This document shows, one piece after another, positions 56,206 through 64,000 of a DNA stretch of 64,000 nt. Position 1 is the stretch's first letter; the number at the start of each line of letters is the position of its first letter. The translations under genes were made by a program, and so were the position numbers. The notes below the pieces were generated by a model. It was given only the letters and a program-made list of their open reading frames with translations, ran no database searches and was not told where the DNA came from. The stretch covers positions 43,571-107,570 of the forward strand of contig CACKMK010000002.1 in the NCBI GenBank assembly GCA_902601345.1, given 5' to 3'. This DNA is from an uncultured Candidatus Poseidoniales archaeon (GTDB lineage Archaea > Thermoplasmatota > Poseidoniia > Poseidoniales > Thalassarchaeaceae).

Positions 56206-57243
56206 TTATTCCCACTCGTCTGGCTCCCAACCGTTCTCTCTAAGCCAGTCGTCGTTATAGAACTTCGAAAGATATGGATTACCGGCATCTGGGAGAACTG
56301 CGACCACCATGGCTTCCTCGCCATTTTCCTCTGCCTCGTTGGCAATATCGATAGCCACCTTGATCGAGCCCCCACATGAGCCTCCGCAGAACATCCCCTC
56401 CCTCCTTGCAAGGGCTCTCGCCCATTGGAAGCACTCTCCGTCATCGACCTGACGAATCTCGTCAATTACAGAGAAATCGGTTGCAGATGGGATAAAATCC
56501 TCTCCGAATCCTTCGACCTTGTACGTGTCTGGCTGCCCCATGGTCCCCTCTTCGAACCATTGTTTGAGAATAGAGCCAACTGCGTCGACCCCAACGATCT
56601 TTGGTGGTTCTGATCCATTTGACTCGGCCATCTCCTTCAATGACTTGGAGGTGCCAGAAATCGTCCCACCAGTTCCCATAGTGGCTACGAAGTGGGTTAT
56701 CTTTCCCTGAGTCTGCTCCCAAATCTCCGGTCCTGTTGAGAGGTAGTGAGTCAATGGATTCGCCTCGTGAGAGTATTGGTCAGGATACCAGGCTCCTGGT
56801 ATATCTCTTGCCAGTCTAGCAGCTACTTCGTAGTACGAACGGGGATCCTCCTTCTCTACTGCGGTCGGACAGACGTGAACCTCAGCTCCCATAGCCCGTA
56901 GGAGGTCTATCTTCTCCTTACTCATTTTATCTGCCATGGTGAAGATGCAGCGATAGCCCCGCTGTGCAGCAACCATTGCTAGCCCTATTCCAGTGTTTCC
57001 AGAAGTTCCCTCGACGATCGTCCCTCCTGGTTTCAGTAGTCCTTTCTCCTCAGCGTCTAGAACCATCTGCAGACCGATTCTATCCTTTATCGATCCTCCC
57101 GGGTTACATCTCTCAAGCTTGACCCAGACGGAAGATTTTCTCAGTTCCTCCGTAATTCTATTCAATCGAATGAGGGGCGTATTGCCTATGGCCGATACCA
57201 AGTCCTCATAGGTATTGGAACGTGGTTGGGACGGGTTGGGCAC
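56206..57243 (-). CDS. cysteine synthase / cystathionine beta-synthase family PLP enzyme (no CBS domains)
   Basis: TPLIRLNRI, KLERCNPGGSIKDR (PLP lysine) and TSGNTGIGLA are family motifs. Confidence 0.9.
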   Translation of the reverse strand: MPNPSQPRSNTYEDLVSAIGNTPLIRLNRITEELRKSSVWVKLERCNPGGSIKDRIGLQMVLDAEEKGLLKPGGTIVEGTSGNTGIGLAMVAAQRGYRCIFTMADKMSKEKIDLLRAMGAEVHVCPTAVEKEDPRSYYEVAARLARDIPGAWYPDQYSHEANPLTHYLSTGPEIWEQTQGKITHFVATMGTGGTISGTSKSLKEMAESNGSEPPKIVGVDAVGSILKQWFEEGTMGQPDTYKVEGFGEDFIPSATDFSVIDEIRQVDDGECFQWARALARREGMFCGGSCGGSIKVAIDIANEAEENGEEAMVVAVLPDAGNPYLSKFYNDDWLRENGWEPDEWE

Positions 57244-57276
57244 AGTGGTGCATCGAACCCCGCTGTATGATGGTTT

Positions 57277-57621
57277 TCACTCAGAGTTTCTTGATGATTT
57301 GTAGTAGTTCCATCCAGCAAAAGGTAGGCTCCAGAAGAGGCCGCCCAAGGCGGCGAATGGGATGAGCAATAGCCAGTAGGAATACTCGTCAAGTGATGGG
57401 CCTCCGAAAGTTGCACCGAATACAGGAAAAACGAACGTTCCAAAAGAGGTTGGAACGAGGTGATATAGACTAAGTCTCACATTGAGTTTTTCCTCCCATA
57501 TTTTCTGAGTTAGAATCGGGGGCAATAGGGCTATACAAAGAAAGCCGATTGCCGCACTGCCGCATGACTCGAATATCATATCACCTAGAGACAGAAGTAG
57601 AAGCATCAAGATAGCAATCAT
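57277..57621 (-). CDS. hypothetical small membrane protein
   Basis: 114-aa ORF with 3-4 hydrophobic segments and no motif. Confidence 0.45.
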   Translation of the reverse strand: MIAILMLLLLSLGDMIFESCGSAAIGFLCIALLPPILTQKIWEEKLNVRLSLYHLVPTSFGTFVFPVFGATFGGPSLDEYSYWLLLIPFAALGGLFWSLPFAGWNYYKSSRNSE

Positions 57622-57674
57622 TCCGCCGGATACCGCTCCGCTGGAGAGGATTTGCTTCCAATTCAGGTACTCAC

Positions 57675-59258
57675 CTAATGTCTGAAGAGCCGGATTCCTG
57701 TAAATATCATTGCCATATCATGCTGGTTAGCGGCCTCGATTACTTCATCGTCACGAATTGAGCCTCCTGGTTGCACAATACTGGTAATCCCGATTTCATT
57801 TGATGTGTCTATCCCATCGCGGAAGGGAAAGAAGGCATCGGATATCATCATGGCTCCCTTTGCTCTTTCACCCGCCCTTCTTGCCGCTATTCGGACTGAC
57901 TCCACCCGACTAGTCTGCCCGGGACCGACTCCCACGGTAGAGTAACCATTCTCTGTCTTAACTACTAGAATAATCGCATTAGACTGGACTTCGGCAATCA
58001 CGGAAGTACCGAACCTAGCCAGATTTAGCTCGTCCCCGTCAAGCGTCTTTTCGGTGACATGGCTTACATTTTCCCAATCGATGTTAGGAATGCCTTGGAT
58101 TTGAGATAGCCAACCTCCCTGTACTTGTCGAATCTTCGGTTCATCTGTAAGTTCGCCTAATGGATCAAGAGTCAGAATTCTCCTATTCTTGCTCTCAGAG
58201 AGAATCTCCAAGGCATCCGATTCGTAACCCGGTGCAATCATACATTCAAAGAAGTGATTTCCGATTGACTCGGCGGTTTCTCTCTCAACCACCTGATCGA
58301 ATGCGATCACGCATCCGAATGCGCTCTCTGGGTCGCTGGCCAGAGAGTTTTCCCAGGCAGAAACCTGATTCTCGGAGATAGAGGCCCCACAGGGATTTGT
58401 GTGCTTGATGACTACACAAGAGTGAGTACCGAAATCGCAAGTCTGCGAAATAGACCTGACTAGCCTCAGCGCGGCGTCGAGATCCAAGTAGTTGTTGTAT
58501 GAGAGGGGTTTGCCACCATGTTGAACTGCTCTTGAGAGCCCTCTTGGCGCCCCAGGAGATGGGAAGAAAGAAGCCGGTTGGTGAGGATTCTCCCCATACC
58601 TTAGTTCTACACCCTGATCTGAGGTCGTCAGAATTCTATTTGGTATCGTACTTTCTGTGAACCTTCCCCACAACTCGTTAGAAACCGCAGAGTCGTAAGC
58701 TGCGGTAGATTGGAATGCAGATATTGCCAAGTCCCTCCTCAACCCCAAATCGACCCCAGAGGGGTTCCCTTCGGTTTTCGAAAGCGCTTCCAGTACCGAT
58801 CTATGCTGATCTGGGTGTGTGATTACAATGACGTCTGAATGGTTCTTTGCCGCCGATCTCACCATCGCCGGTCCACCAATATCAATCATCTCAATCAGTT
58901 CTTGTTCGCTTGCCGGGGGGTCTCGCGCAGCGGTTTCTTCGAAAGGATACAGGTTTACGCATACCATTTCTATTGACCCATATCCCATTTCCACTAGTTT
59001 TTCCATATCCTGTTTCGAATCGCGTCTGGCAAGTATCCCTCCGTGGACCGCGGGGTGTAGGGTCTTGACCCTGCCATCGAATATCTCAGGGTGACCGGTA
59101 GCTTCGGATACATCCATTACTTCGATTCCCGAATCTCTGAGTCTGGTTGCTGTTCCACCCGTCGATAGGATTGCCCAGCCCATGGATTGTAATGATGCAG
59201 CCAGTTCTTCGATTCCGGTTTTGTCCCAGACGCTGATCAGCGCTGTGGGTCGCTCCAT
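57675..59258 (-). CDS. purH: bifunctional AICAR transformylase / IMP cyclohydrolase
   Basis: ALISVWDKTGIEELA (MGS-like N domain), DIGGPAMVRSAAKNH and IVQPGGSIRD are PurH motifs. 527 aa. Confidence 0.95.
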   Translation of the reverse strand: MERPTALISVWDKTGIEELAASLQSMGWAILSTGGTATRLRDSGIEVMDVSEATGHPEIFDGRVKTLHPAVHGGILARRDSKQDMEKLVEMGYGSIEMVCVNLYPFEETAARDPPASEQELIEMIDIGGPAMVRSAAKNHSDVIVITHPDQHRSVLEALSKTEGNPSGVDLGLRRDLAISAFQSTAAYDSAVSNELWGRFTESTIPNRILTTSDQGVELRYGENPHQPASFFPSPGAPRGLSRAVQHGGKPLSYNNYLDLDAALRLVRSISQTCDFGTHSCVVIKHTNPCGASISENQVSAWENSLASDPESAFGCVIAFDQVVERETAESIGNHFFECMIAPGYESDALEILSESKNRRILTLDPLGELTDEPKIRQVQGGWLSQIQGIPNIDWENVSHVTEKTLDGDELNLARFGTSVIAEVQSNAIILVVKTENGYSTVGVGPGQTSRVESVRIAARRAGERAKGAMMISDAFFPFRDGIDTSNEIGITSIVQPGGSIRDDEVIEAANQHDMAMIFTGIRLFRH

Positions 59259-59298
59259 GGGAACCCGTGTGTGAAGGAGGCTTGAAGGTTCGTGGTCG

Positions 59299-60921
59299 CT
59301 ATTCGCCCCTAGCTGAAATGACCTGATCTATTCGTAGCATCCCCATTGCCGTCTCGGTGGCCGATTGCAAGGAGTTCTCAATTACTGACCTAGGGTGCCA
59401 GACCCTTTCGACTACCCATTTCTTGCCGTCCTCGGAAATTCCAACGGGAGGCTCCTCCAGTGATGTAGATCTTAGTTCCAGAATACGGTCCAGCGGCTCC
59501 CCTCCAGCGTTCTCAACAAGTGTGGAGGGGATCGTCTCCATGGCTCTAGCAAACGCCTCCATTGCAAGTCTCTCCCTCCCTGACTGTTTCTCTGAAGCCA
59601 ATCTAACTGCATGAGCTATTCTGCTGTGGATAGATCCTGCGCCCGGAAGGACGTATTCATTCAGTGCTAAGGAAGTAGATCTGAGCGAGTCGTGTATTCC
59701 TCTGATTACCTCCTCTGTACCTGTCTCACCTGCACCTCCTATCTCTATAGTCACAACTGATGGATTTGGGCATCCCTCAATCCGAATCACGTCTTCTACC
59801 TCATTAGTGGCTGGCTTCCTCTCCCATGACGCGCTACCGCACTGCCCCAGGTCAGACTCCTCTATATCTAGCGGGCTTTCTACTATCCTAGCTCCCGTTG
59901 CACCAGAAGCGTTTCTCAATTCAGAAGAGTCCAGTCCTTCCACGACTAGAACAGATTTCTGGCAGAGCATATGAAGGACGTCCTTGTCGATCTCACCGGA
60001 GCAAAGAACTACACTTGCACCAGATTCGAGGATACTTCTGGAAATTTCCTCCTTCCGGTACTTCTCGGCTTCGATGAAAGAGTCCAAGTCGTCAGCACTC
60101 GTGATTTTCATTTCTGCATCTCTGGACATTTCTCTAATCTTCAGTTCTCCGTTTAGACACACCACCTTCGCATCTCGTAAGTCGTTGGGTAGGTTGTCCA
60201 TCAGTACTCGTCTACGTAGGATAATCCCGTTTACCAATCGAGAGTCCCTGATGCTCCCAGTTCCGCTCTTGAACATGGAAACGTGTTGGGCGGATGCCTC
60301 TCCCCTGTTGTCTAACACTGTGCTGAGAGCCTTGACAATTAGAGGTGGGAAGAACCCGAGGGCGGTGTCTGCAACTTTACCACTGAGAGACGTCTTGGCC
60401 ACTTCCAATAGCTTCTTGTCATCGCATTTTCTCAGGTCTGACTCTATCTGTAATCTAGCGGTCTGGAGTGATAATTCGTATCCATCGACCAGGGTTAGAG
60501 GGTGGAGGCCCTTCCTGAATAGGTTATTCGCCTCGATTAGCAGTGAACCGCAGAGTAGCATCGTGGTTGTTACCCCGTCACCGCAGTCCTCCTCTTGCGA
60601 CTCTGCCATCGAGACCATCATCTTGGCAGCAGGGTGCCTTACCAGAAGCTCAGCCACTATCTTCGCTCCGTCGTTGGTGACTGCTGTGGTACCGTCCGTC
60701 TTGTAGAGCATCTTATCTAGACCTCTGGGTCCGAATGTTGGCTTCAGAAGATCAGAGAATACTCTCGCTGCGACGATGAGTTTCTCTTGGACCTCTGTAC
60801 TGCTGGTGACCTTGGTGCTTCGTGAGGTGATTGCGACCTTGGGTCCATCTGAGTCCCCTCCCATGAGGGTTTCCGGCACGAAGGGCTGACATGAATGCTT
60901 TGAGGAGGCAAAACGCACCAA
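59299..60921 (-). CDS. ths: thermosome subunit (group II chaperonin)
   Basis: FGPRGLDKMLY, VTNDGAKI and GDGVTTT are group II chaperonin motifs. The true start may be the internal Met at 60864. Confidence 0.9.
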   Translation of the reverse strand: MVRFASSKHSCQPFVPETLMGGDSDGPKVAITSRSTKVTSSTEVQEKLIVAARVFSDLLKPTFGPRGLDKMLYKTDGTTAVTNDGAKIVAELLVRHPAAKMMVSMAESQEEDCGDGVTTTMLLCGSLLIEANNLFRKGLHPLTLVDGYELSLQTARLQIESDLRKCDDKKLLEVAKTSLSGKVADTALGFFPPLIVKALSTVLDNRGEASAQHVSMFKSGTGSIRDSRLVNGIILRRRVLMDNLPNDLRDAKVVCLNGELKIREMSRDAEMKITSADDLDSFIEAEKYRKEEISRSILESGASVVLCSGEIDKDVLHMLCQKSVLVVEGLDSSELRNASGATGARIVESPLDIEESDLGQCGSASWERKPATNEVEDVIRIEGCPNPSVVTIEIGGAGETGTEEVIRGIHDSLRSTSLALNEYVLPGAGSIHSRIAHAVRLASEKQSGRERLAMEAFARAMETIPSTLVENAGGEPLDRILELRSTSLEEPPVGISEDGKKWVVERVWHPRSVIENSLQSATETAMGMLRIDQVISARGE

Positions 60922-60972
60922 TTGTTAGTAAAAGATACGAATGTCTATGATAGTTAAAACTCAGGAATTATT

Positions 60973-61920
60973 GTGAAAATACGACGTAAGGCTGTCATAT
61001 TCGTTTCCTCTATGATGCTGATCTGCTGCTTTTCGACCATTGGTTCAGCTCAAATTCTCCCCGAGGCTGATGTGGAGTGCGAGGATTTGGTTACGTTGGA
61101 CATATCTCCTGGTTCTACAAGACAAGCAATTGTTAATTGCGAACTGACAAATCCTACTTCCGGACCTGAGAGTATAGAAATCTCGTATCAATCTGGAAAC
61201 CTGGACGTAGCCGGTCCGGGAAGCATGACTGTGGAAGGTGGGGAGTCTGTAGATTTCCAGATTGCTGTAGAATCTACAGGCGAAATTCCAGCCGGGATGT
61301 ATGATATCAACGTGAGTGTCGTAGTCACTGAGTGGAACGGAGTGCCAGTGAGTGTGTTTGGGTTCTCAGATGAGGATGTGATCGAAGTGGAAGTTCTACC
61401 ATACACCGTATGCTCTTCATCCGGTCCTTCTGCGATATTCTCTGAGGCGGGAGAAGATGTATTGTTCTCAGTTGTTTACAGTTGCGACAGCAACGAAGAG
61501 AACTCTCTGGAAGTCTCGCTACACCTCCTAGAGAAGGGGAGTAGCCAGGAGACTATGTGGCCCTCTGGGTTCAATGATATGTCCGTAGATACTTGTAGAG
61601 TGGAAAATCCTATGGGCTCAGTCAACTGTGATTTTGTCCTGACCACCCCCTCCAATCTTCAGAGCAAATGGGAGGGTTGTCTAATCATAGTAGATGAAAT
61701 GACGGATCCGAACTGGGGATGTTCTAGCGAGTTCGCTTTCTCGCTCACTGTTAATGAGAAGGAGACCGTGGTTCCATCTGTTGGTTTGGATGTTAATGGA
61801 ACGTTTCTTGAAGACTTTGGCATTACCGAGGAGAATCAGAGTTTGTTGATTGGAGTAGGTTTGGGAGGAGCAATTCTGATGCTTTCACTATTCTTTCTTT
61901 ACAGGAGAAGAAGAGGCTAG
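60973..61920 (+). CDS. secreted/cell-surface beta-sandwich protein with C-terminal TM anchor
   Basis: Signal peptide (AVIFVSSMMLICCFSTIGSA), beta-rich body and a C-terminal LLIGVGLGGAILMLSLFFLYRRRRG anchor. GTG start. Confidence 0.65.
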   Translation: MKIRRKAVIFVSSMMLICCFSTIGSAQILPEADVECEDLVTLDISPGSTRQAIVNCELTNPTSGPESIEISYQSGNLDVAGPGSMTVEGGESVDFQIAVESTGEIPAGMYDINVSVVVTEWNGVPVSVFGFSDEDVIEVEVLPYTVCSSSGPSAIFSEAGEDVLFSVVYSCDSNEENSLEVSLHLLEKGSSQETMWPSGFNDMSVDTCRVENPMGSVNCDFVLTTPSNLQSKWEGCLIIVDEMTDPNWGCSSEFAFSLTVNEKETVVPSVGLDVNGTFLEDFGITEENQSLLIGVGLGGAILMLSLFFLYRRRRG

Positions 61921-62276
61921 CCCAATACGGTGACCATCCATCTGATTGACAGGGAAGAGGTGGCTCCGAGAGCCAACGAGGCAACTGATTCGAAGTTGAA
62001 TGTGTTCGTGTAAATATAGAATAGGGAAAGTGTGAGTAGGAGGAAGACGCCCAGGTCTAATATCTCGTTCTTTCCGAATCCTGATCTCTGGATGATATGA
62101 TCCCGCTCCTTAATGCCCAAAACGATAGTTGCCAGAGCTGCTGCAAGAATGGAATGCCCTACGATCCAGCCTAATGTTTCGCCGAACAGGACGACTAAAT
62201 CGTCCTGGAACCCAGCAAGGATGGTTGATGCAATGTTCACCATGGACCTGCGGTCAGGCTCTGAACCTTTGAACAA
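61917..62276 (-). CDS. hypothetical membrane protein
   Basis: 119-aa ORF with three hydrophobic segments. Confidence 0.45.
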   Translation of the reverse strand: MFKGSEPDRRSMVNIASTILAGFQDDLVVLFGETLGWIVGHSILAAALATIVLGIKERDHIIQRSGFGKNEILDLGVFLLLTLSLFYIYTNTFNFESVASLALGATSSLSIRWMVTVLG

Positions 62277-62377
62277 TATGTAAGTGAGTGCACCTTAGTT
62301 GGCCGTAATGAGTGGGCTTGAACCTCGCTATTGTGGGGATTTATTACGAATGCCCATGCAGAAGAATCGGGGATCAG

Positions 62378-63034
62378 ATGTATATTCCGGGGGCTTGGAC
62401 ACTGAAGCAACTCATTACAGATCCTGGGTCCCTATTCGATAGGTCTCCAAAGAACCCGGATGGGACCAAGATAGTGACCGAAGAGAGTGAGTTAGTAGAA
62501 ATGTTCCTCAAGGAGCCGATTGACATTTGGGTAAATTCGTTCGGAGGGGCACGCTCAAACTTCATCGTAAACCTGCTGGAGCACAAATACACGGTCAGGA
62601 ATGAGGCACACAGGGTCAAGGGGTGTCATTACATCAGACCTCTAGATGTAGGGGTCCAAATGGGTGCCTTCTGCTTTGTGGATGACTTCGGCTTGGCTCT
62701 GAGCTCTCAGATAAACAGAGGCTTCACTTTCAACTACAACAAACTAAGAGACGACACCAGCGAATTCTCTGTGGAAAGATGGATCGAGAAGGTATCCAAG
62801 CAAATTGACAATTGGACGGCGGGGAGTTTCTTTCCGGTGATTCTGATAAACACGGATCGAATTACGGAAAATGCAGCTGAATTCGAGAAAACCTTCGAAG
62901 TTCCATTTTCTGGTTTTCAGGTAAGAAAGACGAGGGAAATGCATCCGAGCCTGGAGCCATTCCACGAGCACATCTCCGAAGTAAATGATAAATTGGCAGA
63001 ACTCCCGGATTTTGCTACTTTAGGAGTAAATTAG
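62378..63034 (+). CDS. hypothetical protein (possible transferase in a surface-modification cluster)
   Basis: ORF with coding-like composition and no motif I can name. The start is placed at MYIPGAW (62378). The track starts at 62312. Confidence 0.45.
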   Translation: MYIPGAWTLKQLITDPGSLFDRSPKNPDGTKIVTEESELVEMFLKEPIDIWVNSFGGARSNFIVNLLEHKYTVRNEAHRVKGCHYIRPLDVGVQMGAFCFVDDFGLALSSQINRGFTFNYNKLRDDTSEFSVERWIEKVSKQIDNWTAGSFFPVILINTDRITENAAEFEKTFEVPFSGFQVRKTREMHPSLEPFHEHISEVNDKLAELPDFATLGVN

Positions 63035-63044
63035 AGGTATCAGT

Positions 63045-63740
63045 TTGACTATTTCTAGGGAAGATTCAGCGAGGATTTACTCGATTCTGGATAAGTCAGG
63101 GGTTTTTTCCGGGGGTAGCCAGAATGACTTCCATGATGCAGGAGAAAACCAATTGGCCATACTTACTCATTTTGGATTAATGGCGTCTTCATTGGTCTTG
63201 GACATCGGCTGCGGCTGCCTTAGAGGAGGCAGGTGGCTCATTCCCTACCTAAATTCGGACTGTTACTTCGGTGTGGAGCCTAATGTAGAAATGCTTGAGA
63301 TAGGGAAGAAAGTAGTAATCGATTCTAAAATACTACGAGATAAGAAACCAAAATTCAACACGAATTCAGACTTCGAGTTCGATGTATTCGGAACAACTTT
63401 CGATTATTTCATCGCAAGATCAATATGGACCCATTCTTCCAAAAAACAGATAGAAAAGATGCTTGACCAGTTTGTCAGACATTCGTCCCCCTCGGCTAGA
63501 TTCCTGACTTCTTACATGAGGCCAAGAATACCATTCCTCGACGGCTACAAGGGAGAGAGTTGGATTGGCAAGAGTCACGAATCTGATCAACCAGGAATTG
63601 CTAGGCATAGTCTAAGATGGATAAAAAGGGCCTGTTTAAACAGGGGACTGAAGGTAAGTAGTATAGATGAGCCAAATCTGAACTACGGAGCACAAATATG
63701 GCTGTTGATAGAGAGGACGCAGGAGGATACTGACCTCTAA
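63045..63740 (+). CDS. class I SAM-dependent methyltransferase
   Basis: Motif I VLDIGCGCLRGG followed by YFGVEPN. TTG start. Confidence 0.65.
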   Translation: MTISREDSARIYSILDKSGVFSGGSQNDFHDAGENQLAILTHFGLMASSLVLDIGCGCLRGGRWLIPYLNSDCYFGVEPNVEMLEIGKKVVIDSKILRDKKPKFNTNSDFEFDVFGTTFDYFIARSIWTHSSKKQIEKMLDQFVRHSSPSARFLTSYMRPRIPFLDGYKGESWIGKSHESDQPGIARHSLRWIKRACLNRGLKVSSIDEPNLNYGAQIWLLIERTQEDTDL

Positions 63741-63749
63741 TGTGTATCA

Positions 63750-64000
63750 TTATACGGTAGTGATCGAATCTATCGATTTCTTGAGTCGTTCCACGTGTCT
63801 TTCAGGAGTAAGGCCTAGTTCCTGGATTCGCGTCACACCTTCCCTTGCCCATGACTCTCTCGTTTCCTCATCCTTGGCTTGTTCGAAGGCTTTCCTCCAA
63901 GCTTCGAGGTCGCCTCTGCCAAGCAGTCTTCCGTTTACCCCGTCGACGATTGTATCTGTATACCCTCCAAAATCAACAAACAACGGGGGCGTTCCTATGG
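63750..64000 (-). CDS. glycosyltransferase family 1 (GT-B), C-terminal part; the gene continues beyond the window end
   Basis: FGGYTDTIVDGVNGRLL followed by a helical tail is the typical GT1 C-terminus. The reading frame stays open to the window edge. Confidence 0.6.
   Translation of the reverse strand, partial: IGTPPLFVDFGGYTDTIVDGVNGRLLGRGDLEAWRKAFEQAKDEETRESWAREGVTRIQELGLTPERHVERLKKSIDSITTV

Noticed and set aside
55063-57243. Convergent cystathionine gamma-lyase-family and cysteine synthase/CBS-family genes
   Set aside because: This is an ordinary (reverse) transsulfuration or cysteine-methionine interconversion pair, with nothing unusual in the sequence.
1-64000. CRISPR arrays, transposases, prophage or toxin-antitoxin modules
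   Set aside because: None seen. The only exact repeat I found is the archaellin paralog segment, and there are no regularly spaced short repeats.

Overview
The window is an archaeal chromosomal segment. Archaeal markers include the DNA polymerase II (PolD) large subunit, primase PriL, archaeal DnaG, a thermosome subunit, KEOPS Pcc1, deoxyhypusine synthase, MptE-like kinase, archaeal phosphopantothenate synthetase and a complete archaellum operon. The gene content (secreted peptidases, archaellum, large surface proteins) suggests an uncultured marine Thermoplasmatota or euryarchaeote such as Marine Group II, but that is inference only. I can support about 65 CDS, including one partial gene at each window edge, and the left-edge gene is missing from the ORF track. 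There is also one tRNA-Cys. I see no rRNA, CRISPR array, transposase or integrase. Most of the window is housekeeping: purine, pyrimidine, NAD, CoA and Cys/Met metabolism, enolase and fumarase. The most unusual item is a roughly 570-nt structured, purine-rich candidate ncRNA (3951-4523) that fits no RNA class I can recognise. Next is a 1731-aa beta-sandwich-repeat surface protein with a polytopic C-terminal anchor, translationally coupled to a coiled-coil protein directly upstream of the archaellins. Other items are a ribbon-helix-helix/FumC fusion, a membrane protein with two DUF2135-like domains, an orphan Eco57I-type methyltransferase-like protein with degenerate motifs (GVYAPP, SRPPW), a tRNA-Cys with non-canonical D- and T-loops, and a GC-rich hairpin cluster upstream of dnaG. 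All functional calls come from reading motifs by eye. No searches or computations were run.
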